A DNA stretch of 64,000 nt, from assembly GCA_965112735.1 (NCBI GenBank), contig OZ218960.1:2418001-2482000 (forward strand), given 5' to 3'. The notes under the pieces were generated by a model, which saw nothing but the letters and a program-made list of their open reading frames with translations, did no database searches and was not told where the DNA came from. Positions 12,453 through 64,000 of the stretch are shown here, in pieces (position 1 is the first letter of the stretch; every line of letters starts with the position of its first letter). The DNA comes from Phaeosaccion multiseriatum (taxonomy: Eukaryota; Protista; Ochrophyta, other classes). The position numbers and the translations under genes were made by a program.

Positions 12453-12826
12453 CCCGTGTTGTGTGTCAAGTCCCACATCGAGCAGAGAGGGCACACCTGT
12501 GGAGCACCAGCTGGCTGTGTGAAGCCGGTGCACGGCATTTGCTGCAACGAGCTGTTTGGGTTAGAGTCGATTAGAGGGGCTTTTTAGATGCTATGAGCAC
12601 CGTCAGTACCGATCGTGAGCACATGCAAGCCTACAGGGGGTGGGTGGTGGGTGGGTAAAGTGGGGCAGTGGGGCGATTGGAGGGTCGGCTCCAGACTGGC
12701 CTAGAAGCCTATGCTCTAGGCCCTAGGCCGAGCGGCCTAAGCCCGCTCTAGGCCTAGGCCGGCGGCCGTCGGCCGCTCTAGGCCGGCCATTTTTTCTCCC
12801 TAGGCCGGCGGTTCTAGGCCTAGGCC

Positions 12827-12976
12827 TCGACCTATCTGATCAGTAATTACGGCCGGCGCAGCCGGCCTGATTACTGATTCTGACCGGCGCCAGCCGGCCT
12901 GAGTACTGATTATGCGCCAGCCGGGGGCTGATTACTGATTACGGCCGGCGCACACCGTAATCTTGTCCAGGGTCGA
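12827..12976 (+). mobile_element. MITE family B copy 1 (left TIR partly deleted)
   Basis: Begins TCGACC and ends ATCTTGTCCAGGGTCGA; its CTGATTA/GCCGGC-repeat body is near-identical to 14553-14682. Confidence 0.8.
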
Positions 12977-14240
12977 AGAGAGGGAGGGAGGGAGGGAGGG
13001 AGGGGGAGGGAGGGAGGGGGAGGGAGGGAGGGAGGGAGGGAGGGAGGGAGGGAGGGAGGGAGGGAGGGAGGGAGGGAGGGAGGGAGGGAGGGAGGGAGGG
13101 AGGGAGGGAGGGAGGGAGGGAGGGAGGGAGGGAGGGAGGGAGGGAGGGAGGGAGGGAGGGAGGGAGGGAGGGAGGGAGGGAGGGAGGGAGGGAGGGAGGG
13201 AGGGAGGGAGGGAGGGAGGGAGGGAGGGAGGGAGGGAGGGAGGGAGGGAGGGAGGGAGGGAGGGAGGGAGGGAGGGAGGGAGGGAGGGAGGGAGGGAGGG
13301 AGGGAGGGAGGGAGGGAGGGAGGGAGGGAGGGAGGGAGGGAGGGAGGGAGGGAGGGAGGGAGGGAGGGAGGGAGGGAGGGAGGGAGGGAGGGAGGGAGGG
13401 AGGGAGGGAGGGAGGGAGGGAGGGAGGGAGGGAGGGAGGGAGGGAGGGAGGGAGGGAGGGAGGGAGGGAGGGAGGGAGGGAGGGAGGGAGGGAGGGAGGG
13501 AGGGAGGGAGGGAGGGAGGGAGGGAGGGAGGGAGGGAGGGAGGGAGGGAGGGAGGGAGGGAGGGAGGGAGGGAGGGAGGGAGGGAGGGAGGGAGGGAGGG
13601 AGGGAGGGAGGGAGGGAGGGAGGGAGGGAGGGAGGGAGGGAGGGAGGGAGGGAGGGAGGGAGGGAGGGAGGGAGGGAGGGAGGGAGGGAGGGAGGGAGGG
13701 AGGGAGGGAGGGAGGGAGGGAGGGAGGGAGGGAGGGAGGGAGGGAGGGAGGGAGGGAGGGAGGGAGGGAGGGAGGTAGGGAGGGAGGTAGGTAGGTAGGT
13801 AGGGAGGGAGGGAGGGAGGGAGGGAGGGAGGGAGGGAGGGAGGGAGGGAGGGAGGGAGGGAGGGAGGGAGGGAGGAGGAGGGAGGGAGGGAGGGAGGGAG
13901 GGAGGGAGGGAGGGAGGGAGGGAGGGAGGGAGGGAGGGAGGGAGGGAGGGAGGGAGGGAGGGAGGGAGGGAGGGAGGGAGGGAGGGAGGGAGGGAGGGAG
14001 GGAGGGAGGGAGGGAGGGAGGGAGGGAGGGAAGGAGGGAGGGAGGGAGGGAGGGAGGGAGAGAGGGAGGGAGGGAGGGAAGAAGGGAGGGAGGGAGGGAG
14101 GGAGGGAGGGAGGGAGGGAGGGAGGGAGGGAGGGAGGGAGGGAGGGAGGGAGGGAGGGAGGGAGGGAGGGAGGGAGGGAGGGAGGGAGGGAGGGAGGGAG
14201 GGAGGGAGGGTTAGGGTTAGGGTTAGGGTTAGGGTTAGGG

Positions 14241-14281
<41 letters not shown>

Positions 14282-14552
14282 GGTTAGGGTTAGGGTTAGG
14301 GTTAGGGTTAGGTTAGGGTTATGAGGGAGGGAAGGAGGGAGGGAGGGAAGGAGGGAGGGAAGGAGGGAGGGAGGGAGGGAGGGAGGGAGGGAGGGAGGGA
14401 GGGAGGGAGGGAGGGAGGGAGGGAGGGAGGGAGGGAGGGAGGGAGGGAGGGAGGGAGGGAGGGAGGGAGGGAGGGAGGGAGGGAGGGAGGGAGGGAGGGA
14501 GGGAGGGAGAGAGGGAGGAGGGAGGGAGGGAGGGAGGGAGGGAGGGAGGGAG
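12977..14552 (+). repeat. (GGGA)n tract, about 1.6 kb, between the two family-B MITEs
   Basis: Near-pure GGGA tetramer array. Confidence 0.95.
14211..14321 (+). repeat. Interstitial telomere-type repeat (TTAGGG), about 18 units
   Basis: Tandem TTAGGG with one TTTAGGG and one TTAGG unit, embedded in the GGGA tract. Confidence 0.92.
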
Positions 14553-14682
14553 TCGACCCTGGACAAGATCATCTGATTCTGATTACAGCCGGTGACCAGC
14601 CGGCCTGATTACTGATTTTGCGCCGGCCGGGGGCTGATTACTGGTTACGGCCGGCGCACACCGTAATCTTGTCCAGGGTCGA
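14553..14682 (+). mobile_element. MITE family B copy 2, complete 130 bp
   Basis: Perfect 17-bp TIRs TCGACCCTGGACAAGAT...ATCTTGTCCAGGGTCGA. Confidence 0.88.
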
Positions 14683-15141
14683 TAGGCCTAGGCCGGGGGG
14701 GCTGCGCCAAAAATAGGCCTAGGCCGGGGACCTGCGGCCCCCTCTAGGCCTAGGCCGGGGGCCTGCGGCCCCCCTAGGCCGGCCGAATTTCGTCTCTAGG
14801 CCTAGGCTTCTAGGCCAGTCTGGAGCCGATGGAGGGGGCGGGTTTGGTGGTCAAAATGAGCTCATATCGCTTAAGTAGGGTCCGATTACGAGAGGGCACA
14901 CGCTGGTGGGTGCCAGTAGGGCGTAAAACAGTCGAAAACAGCGGAAAAAGCACTCTCGAGGGCCTCTTTTGAGCGAAAAAACAATCGCAAATATTAATTG
15001 AATTACGTTCACGCCTTAATGCAAAAGTTACGGTATAGGGAAAAGTGGAACGAAAAAAATGAGTTTAAGTTTGAGCGGTTCCTCCCAAGCGGGAGGGAAA
15101 TCCGGAAGAGGGGGGGGCGTACAACAAAGAGTGCGATAGAT

Positions 15142-27712
<12,571 letters not shown>

Positions 27713-28218
27713 ACTTGGCGTTTAGGACAACACACACAGCACACAAGACTTTTGGCTTGTTTGCTTTCCGTACACATAAGCTTTGCTTTGCTTTACTTGG
27801 CACCGCTTAGCACAGCATCCAGGCCTCTACCTTCTTGGCTTTGATGGCCATGGATGGCAGTGGATGGGGAGGAGCAAGGGGAGGGCTCGGGAGGATCAAT
27901 GGAGCTTTTCATTTTTTCGTGGGAGAAAACAAGAGTGATGATATAAGATCGAAGAGTCGACGCATGCACATGAGGCAAACCACATATCCCATCCCCCCAA
28001 AAGGGTCCTCCACCTCTTGCAGAGACGAACCCCTCGTCAGTCAGTCAGTCAGTCAATCAATCAATCAATCAATGTGTCTCAATCCGCCCTCCCTCCATCT
28101 CCTGTACTTACTGTAACTGCTAACTGCTTTATGTACATCCATACACAGCACACACACACACACACATAAGTAACCTTAGAATCAGCACACAACAACAGCA
28201 ACAACAACAAGAACAAAG

Positions 28219-32541
<4,323 letters not shown>

Positions 32542-32693
32542 TCTTTCTCACCTCGCTTTACATGACTCTTTCCCGATTGCTTCCCCACACGAGAATCCCC
32601 ACACGATGATAATCGAGGCAAACTGAAACTGTAACTGTCATTCCTCCTTCCATCTTTCCACTTCTGGGCCTTCTGGTCTGGCTGGATCAAAAC

Positions 32694-41337
<8,644 letters not shown>

Positions 41338-41666
41338 CTGACTGACTGACTGACTGACATCGCTGAGTGACTGACATCGCTGGGTGACTGACAGCCTCAC
41401 CTAACTTACATAAGAAAAAATAAGAGAGAGGAACGATTGTGAAACGTCGACTCTCCGAAACACACAATTTAAAAAATTTCAGAATGACTTACGATCATGT
41501 GGGGATTCCCGAGGAAGTACAGTAATGGTAGAGCATGAGCCAAACAAGCTAGCACAAGGTTCTCCCTCCCCCCCTGCCCTCCCCCCTCCATGCCTAGCTA
41601 TACCTACCTACTAGCTACCCTAACTATATATATATATATAGCTACCTAGCTACTTGTCTGCACTAG

Positions 41667-58369
<16,703 letters not shown>

Positions 58370-58516
58370 CACTCTTTGTCGTGCGTGCTACAAATTTTGT
58401 AAAAACAGAAAACTTGAAACTGTAGATATAAACACTGCGTGTGTTATTCGGCTCACAAATGGCTCTGCCTCTTTGTCTTACTCCGCATTTATCCCAAGAC
58501 CCATTTCGACGAAACA

Positions 58517-59614
58517 ATGGAGACGAGGCTGCAGCGGAGGAGAACGGCATTGGGGCACGGGGAGGTGCCACATGACTCTGCACAGGGAAGGAGGCTGAGA
58601 CGGCTGAGACGGTCTCCGGCAACAACAGCATGTGGGGGTGCCAGTGCTACGCCCTCAGTGAATGGGCTGCTCTTTGAAGCTTGCCACGAGGCCCTGGAAA
58701 ACCTCGAGCTGCTTCGTGCCATCTTGGCCCACTTGGGAAAGGGGCACCTCTGCTTCGTGGCTGGTGTGAGCAAGGAGTGGAAGGCCAGCTACACCGCTTT
58801 GTATCCAGCAGTGGAGACAGCGTTTTCGTCTGTGGTCAGCTCAGTGGAGTGCGTGAACTGGGCGACAGGTCGGCAGGGCCTCGAGCTAACTGGGGGGCTC
58901 TTCAGGGCCGCTGCCGAGCACGGTGATGTCGAGGTATGCAGGGCCCTCCATGGCAAGGACTGTCCCTGGGATAAGCAGGCGTGTGAGGCAACAGCGTTCA
59001 ACAAAGCACATGGCCTGAGAGTACTGAAGTGGTTGCGCTCAGAGGACCTTCCCGACAAGGTGCAGTACCCGGGGGCGGAGGACGGCACCTATATGTGTTG
59101 CCAAGCTGCACTTGGAGGGCACTTAGATATGCTCAAGTGGTTGCTGTCGGACGACGGTGGGGCAGACTTTCGTGCCGTCTCTTGGCACTGTGCATGCCTG
59201 GGTGGGCATGTTCCTGTCGTGGAATGGCTTCTCGAGCATCATCCCTCGAGAGCCTTACTGGCAAAGAATGAAGACGGCAGATTGCGCAATGGGGCTTGTG
59301 ATGCAGCTCGCTGGGGCCGCCTCGAGGTACTGCAGTTGCTCCACGCCAATGCTCGCCACCTCTGTGATTGGAATGTGAGTGTCTGTATGAATGCAGTCAT
59401 GGAAGGTGAGAGCCTTGCTGTGCTGAAATGGCTCAGATCGGAAGAAGTGCAGTGTGCGTGGGACGAAAGATCGTGCCCACAGGTCATCAGGGACAGAGGA
59501 GTGTATGAAGAGTATTGGGGGGAGGGTGTGGTATGGGACATCGACGCCAAAACCTTTGAGGATATCAAGCAGTGGGTGCACGCCAATGGGCACCCCTGCG
59601 ACTGCCAGGACTGA
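58517..59614 (+). CDS. Intronless ankyrin-repeat protein with an F-box-like N-terminal segment, about 365 aa
   Basis: Uninterrupted ORF. LLRAILAHLGKGHLCFVAGVSKEWK is followed by repeats such as AAAEHGDVEV..CPWD, AALGGHLDMLKWL, ACLGGHVPVVEWL, AARWGRLEVLQLL and WVHANG. Confidence 0.88.
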   Translation: METRLQRRRTALGHGEVPHDSAQGRRLRRLRRSPATTACGGASATPSVNGLLFEACHEALENLELLRAILAHLGKGHLCFVAGVSKEWKASYTALYPAVETAFSSVVSSVECVNWATGRQGLELTGGLFRAAAEHGDVEVCRALHGKDCPWDKQACEATAFNKAHGLRVLKWLRSEDLPDKVQYPGAEDGTYMCCQAALGGHLDMLKWLLSDDGGADFRAVSWHCACLGGHVPVVEWLLEHHPSRALLAKNEDGRLRNGACDAARWGRLEVLQLLHANARHLCDWNVSVCMNAVMEGESLAVLKWLRSEEVQCAWDERSCPQVIRDRGVYEEYWGEGVVWDIDAKTFEDIKQWVHANGHPCDCQD

Positions 59615-59970
59615 GGAGAGGCAGTGATGCGTCAAGTCGGGCCAAGGGCAAGTATGAAGGGTAGGGAGGGCACCTTCCACACACACACCCTCTGGGACGA
59701 GTCCCACAAGCGCATCGGAGACTTGAGCGGGAGGACGAAGGGGACAGGCTACAGGGGAGAGGGGTGGAGAAGGGATGGGGAAGTGTCTCTGACTTGAGAG
59801 AGGAGAGAGGAGAGAGGAGAGAGTGGAGGCATGATGAGAGCTTGAGGCATGGCATGGCTTCAGCCCAGGGGCAGGGCAGAGCCCCCCGGGAGCAGCGGTG
59901 TCAGCGATGTCGATCATTGGCCACTAGGAGGGTACATTGTGTTTTAGTGAATGTCGTCTCATATCAGGGA

Positions 59971-60210
59971 GTGGGTGAGTGAGTGAGTTAGTTTGTGAGA
60001 GTGGGTGAGTGAGTGAGTTAGTTTGTGAGAGTGGGTGAGTGAGCGAGTTAGTTTGTGAGAGTGGGTGAGTGAGTGAGTTAGTTTGTGAGAGTGGGTGAGT
60101 GAGTGAGTTAGTTTGTGAGAGTGGGTGAGTGAGTGAGTTAGTTTGTGAGAGTGGGTGAGTGAGTGAGTTAGTTTGTGAGAGTGGGTGAGTGAGTGAGTTA
60201 GTTTATGAGA
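59971..60210 (+). repeat. 30-bp minisatellite x8 (GTGGGTGAGTGAGTGAGTTAGTTTGTGAGA)
   Basis: Eight head-to-tail copies, two with single substitutions, no spacers. Confidence 0.95.
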
Positions 60211-60703
60211 GTGGCTGCTGTCTTCCGGGCGAAGTCTTGATTTTCTGCTTCTGACCTAGTTTGACCTAACCTTCTCCGCCTGCCTCACCTCTTAGCTCGG
60301 GACGGAAGATCATGGCAGGGAGGGGGGGGGATTCGTGCACACACTCTAGTAGAACTCCCCAGTGGCAGCCCACCTTCTTGGGCGGCCGGCCTGTCCCTCT
60401 TAACGCCCTTTGCGCGGAGGGGCAGGTTGGTCCTGGCGCGAGTTCTCCCTTGTTCGGCGGCGGTCGCTTCGGCGGCCTCCGCCGTTCGGGGTCTACTCTT
60501 GGTTCTCCAATCGTGCACGCGACCCCCCCCCTCCTCTCACACACACACCCACACACACACACTTTCAGTTTCAGTTTCTATGGTGATTCCTCTTAAGTCA
60601 ATACATACTACACCCTTCCTCCTTCTCGGAGCCGGTCCTGCACTCCCCCTCCCCGCCCTCGAGGGGGAGTAACCGGTCCCTCGAGGGCCCCGGAGACACA
60701 GCG

Positions 60704-60743
<40 letters not shown>

Positions 60744-61336
60744 CACATTCACACTTTCAGTTTCTTAGGTGATTCCTATTCATAGAAAATTTCCTTCTCA
60801 CTTTCTTCAGTTCTTTCTTTATAACCTTACCTTATCTCCTCTTTTCTCCTTTCGTGGGCCCCAGAGACATAGATACACATGCACACACACACACTCACAC
60901 ACACACAATCACACCTTCGTTTTCTTCCTTTTCCCCTCCTCTCTCTCCCTCGGTAAATATATTGACTTCATAGGACTCACCTTGGGCATGGGTCTACCTA
61001 GGGAGCGTCATGTGTGTGTGTGCGTCGGGTGCCGTGAAAGTCGGTGAGCTAACCCACGGAATATGGAGTATATTTGGCTGCTGAGCTGCGTTCGGTTTCT
61101 TTGTTGTAGGGAGGGGCAGCAGAGGGCAGGCCTTTCTTCCCCCCCACACCATACCATACTAGTATCATTTAAAATTAATTAAAATTAAAACTTTAAAACA
61201 GATAAAAGAGATATTCTATTGTACACGCCCCTCCCCCCCGCCTCTTCACTACCACAGCACTATGACACGCTCACCAAAACTTCACTCCAAACCCGCTTTG
61301 CCCTTTTGCGCGTCTGTGCATGTGTACGTATGTGTG

Positions 61337-61390
<54 letters not shown>

Positions 61391-62677
61391 TGTGTTTGTG
61401 TGTGTGCAGGGAGGGGATGAATGAACAAAAACCACTCAATAAGAAACTAAAAATAACTGAAAACAAACAATCCAGCAAAACCGTGTGTGTGTGTGTGTGT
61501 GTGCACCATACATACCATCTGTAAGCTTATGAGACCCTCTTGAGCCGCCGCAGAACTGCCCCCCCCTCTCCCCTCTCCCCTCTCCCCTCTCCCCCCCCCC
61601 CCCCCCGAAGTGAGGTTGCTGCTGTACCAATCTGTATCGGTGGCGCCCTCCCCTCCCCTCCCCTCCGCTCCGCTCCCCTCCCCTCCCCTCCCCTCCCCTC
61701 CCCTCCCCTCCTCTCCCCTCCCCTCCCCTCCCCTCCCCTCCCCTCCCCTCCTCTCCTCTCCTAATCTCGGGTGAACCTTCTCCCCCTCCTCCGGCAAACG
61801 CTTCGAAGCTAATACAACGATACCCAGAACCTACCCCTCCCTCCCTCCCTCCCTCCCTCCCTCCCTCCCTCCTTCCCCGCTCCTTCTCTCCTGCAGTGCT
61901 GTTCCTTCTGCTACGGCTGTTGCCGCTGCTGCTGCTGCTGCTGCCGCCGCCGCTCCACCGATCCCCATCCCATACATACGGGAAGCAGCACTCCGCCCCC
62001 TTCTCCCCTCCCCGCACCGCAACAACCGCAACAATCCTCAATCCTCAACAGCAGCACCACTGCTCACGCCGTAGAGCCCCCTCCACCCTCCACGCGTCCG
62101 TATGTCCATATGCCTCCATGTGTCCATGCATGCATGCTTATGTATGCTTTTATGCCCGTGCGTCAAACAAAGCCGCCCAAGAGTCACGCGGAGGCCTCTT
62201 AGCGCAGCCTTCCCCTTCCCCTTGTCATCTCGTCTCTCAATGTCCCGCCATGCCCGGCATATAAAACCACCTCTGCGGCTGCTCCCTTCCCCTCCCGTCT
62301 CTCTCCCTTGGTACCACAACTGCGTTGATAGATCATAGGCTACTATATCGTTTCGATATTGAACAACTGCAAAGCATGCCCAATCCTTTCCTTCCGTTTC
62401 GATGCCAAAGGCTCCCCCCCGCGGAGGAGCCGAACCGAGCCACACAGCGCAGGCGGTGGAAGATTAAAGCGCCTTCAGTTTACACACTTAACCTTACCGC
62501 ACCTCACCTCACTTCACTTCCTCTCATCCCCGTACTCGCCGCTGCCCCTCCGCCCAAAAAGCCACACATGATTAATGACTGCCGAACCCTCCGCTGCCGA
62601 TGCCTCAGGTCGTCTCCGCTGCCGATGCACTGTAACTGTCGTCTCCGTCGTCACTGTCTCTGCTCTCGTGCTCCTGC

Positions 62678-63492
62678 TCATGCTCCTCCTCCCACTGCCG
62701 CCGCCCCTCCAACGGCCGCCACCCCTGCCCCGTCTCCTCCTCCTCCTCCTCCTCCTCCTCCTCCTCCTCCTCCACCTGTCGCCAGAGTAGCAGCAGCCCC
62801 ATCTTTTACCGCCCCCTCTACTTTAAAGTCGGTTTCCGCCTCAGCATCCTGCTTGGCCTGCTGCTGCTGCTGCTTCTCCAAGAAGGAATCGAACCCGTTC
62901 ATAAAGGCATCCATGTAGCCAGAGGCGTCCTTCTCGAGCTGTTGTTGGAAGATGGCAGAGCCGGACTTTGACAGTCTCTCCACGCCGATGGGGAACCAGT
63001 TCGGCACCTCGAGCTGTGGCACGAAGAGGGGAAGGGGAAGGGTAAGGGCCGGAGAGCGGGGTAGGTAGGTCGGCCGGGGTTGGGGGTAGGCGGGGAGGTA
63101 GGTAGGTGGTGTGAGCAGGGCGTGAAGGAGGCTTTGAAGAGGGGGTAAAAGACAAACGGTCAAGAGGAGATGAGAGAGGGTCGGCTGGGTGACGGAGGGG
63201 AATGTTATTGACTGAGAGGAATCAACCTAAGAATTACGTTTGTGTGTGTGTGTGTGTGCGTGTGTGTGTGTGTGTGAGGGAGGGGGGGGGGGGACAGAGG
63301 GGGTCCACAGAGATGCCTCTGCCAGCCCGCTCTTCTCCATCTCCACTTCCCCAGACACACTCCATCTACAGCGAACAAGCCAAGCTCGGCACAGCAATTG
63401 GTGATACACGGCACAGCACAGCAATTGGTGATACACTGACCTCGATAGCCAGGGACGCGAAATTGATGATGGAAAGTGAATTATCGCACAGC
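62678..63492 (-). CDS. Last two exons of a probable DUF1997-like (START/SRPBCC-type) protein; the gene continues to the right
   Basis: Exons 63492-63441 and 63013-62678 give LCDNSLSIINFASLAIE|LEVPNWFPIGVERLSKSGSAIFQQQLEKD..., resembling the DUF1997 C-terminal strand-Pro-helix. Confidence 0.5.
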
Positions 63493-64000
63493 CTATGTGA
63501 GGCGGCAGGAGAGGCGGGCAGGGGAGGAGGGGGTGGGGAGGGGTGAGGTTGACGAGGGGGTGAAAGAGGGGGTGAAAGAGGGGGTGAAGCCAACTTGGCG
63601 CGCCTGCTTGGATCCACAAGACAAACACTCCGTCTTGGGCAGCAAAGCGAAGTACAGCACAGGAACGGCGCAAAGCAGGCCGCATAGCATACACTCCGTC
63701 CGTCTGAAACCGTCTGAAACCGTCTGAACAACACCAGGCGAAGAGAAGGTGGGACAGGACACCCCTGCACGCACCGCTAAAGTGGGACAGCCCCGCCTAC
63801 ACCGCCCAATGCGCATGGCTTCCAGCCTTGCCCTACACCCCTTTATACCCTACACCTACACCTACTCCCCTTTATACCCTACAACGCATGACACTGCATG
63901 TCCACTCTCCGCACCACGCAGGTGGAGTCTTCTCTCTCCGCTACACCCCCAACCATATACAATTCCATTTCATGTCCCCTCCCCTCCCCTCCCCTCCCCC

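Larger units (their letters stand above)
12685..14829. mobile_element. MITE family A (about 283 bp when empty) containing a nested 1.86-kb insertion
   Basis: Perfect 27-bp TIRs TCGGCTCCAGACTGGCCTAGAAGCCTA (12685-12711, and 14803-14829 inverted). Perfect 7-bp TSD TGGAGGG (12678-12684, 14830-14836). Many subterminal CTAGGCC motifs. Confidence 0.9.

Noticed and set aside
14211-14321. True chromosome end or telomere fusion
   Set aside because: Single orientation, short, and enclosed by an element whose TIRs and TSD match on both sides.
12932-14572. Long ORFs such as the 546-aa PPSL repeat, and poly-K/F, CLSV, TDRQ, SVSQ and HT ORFs elsewhere
   Set aside because: They are stop-free translations of microsatellites, not genes.
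59971-60210. CRISPR-sized 30-bp repeats
   Set aside because: Head-to-tail with no spacers and no cas genes, in a eukaryotic context: a minisatellite.
60250-60990. Small minus-strand gene starting ATGCCCAAG|gtgagt
   Set aside because: No consistent exon chain or recognisable product could be built; it may be a remnant, but this is unsupported.
61220-62600. Additional gene(s) from short ORFs
   Set aside because: No coherent splice model or motif; possibly UTR or intergenic sequence.

Overview
Eukaryotic genomic DNA, GC-rich and intron-dense, with introns largely made of microsatellites. It is probably from a photosynthetic stramenopile (inference from a FAD4-like desaturase, a signal-peptide+Phe bipartite-type presequence and a DUF1997-like gene). 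Most ORFs in the supplied track are translations of simple repeats. By manual splicing I find nine protein genes. In order: the 3' end of a FAD4/TMEM189 desaturase, an unknown membrane protein, a DHRS1-type SDR, exocyst SEC8/EXOC4, a low-complexity unknown protein, a trypsin-fold pseudoprotease+ARM protein, a large RNI-like LRR protein with a 149-residue poly-Asn, an intronless ankyrin gene and the 3' end of a DUF1997-like gene. The most unusual locus is 11.9-14.8 kb. Three short TIR-element (MITE) families there share a TCRRCYCYNGA terminus with 6-7 bp target duplications. Two of the families are nested, and two copies of one family bracket 1.6 kb of (GGGA)n plus (TTAGGG)n like a composite transposon. 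A second theme is intron architecture: arrays of splice-signal-like repeats, re-copied exon ends with their donor sites, and a 15-bp motif found in both introns and exons. All family assignments come from motif recognition by eye; no searches were run.
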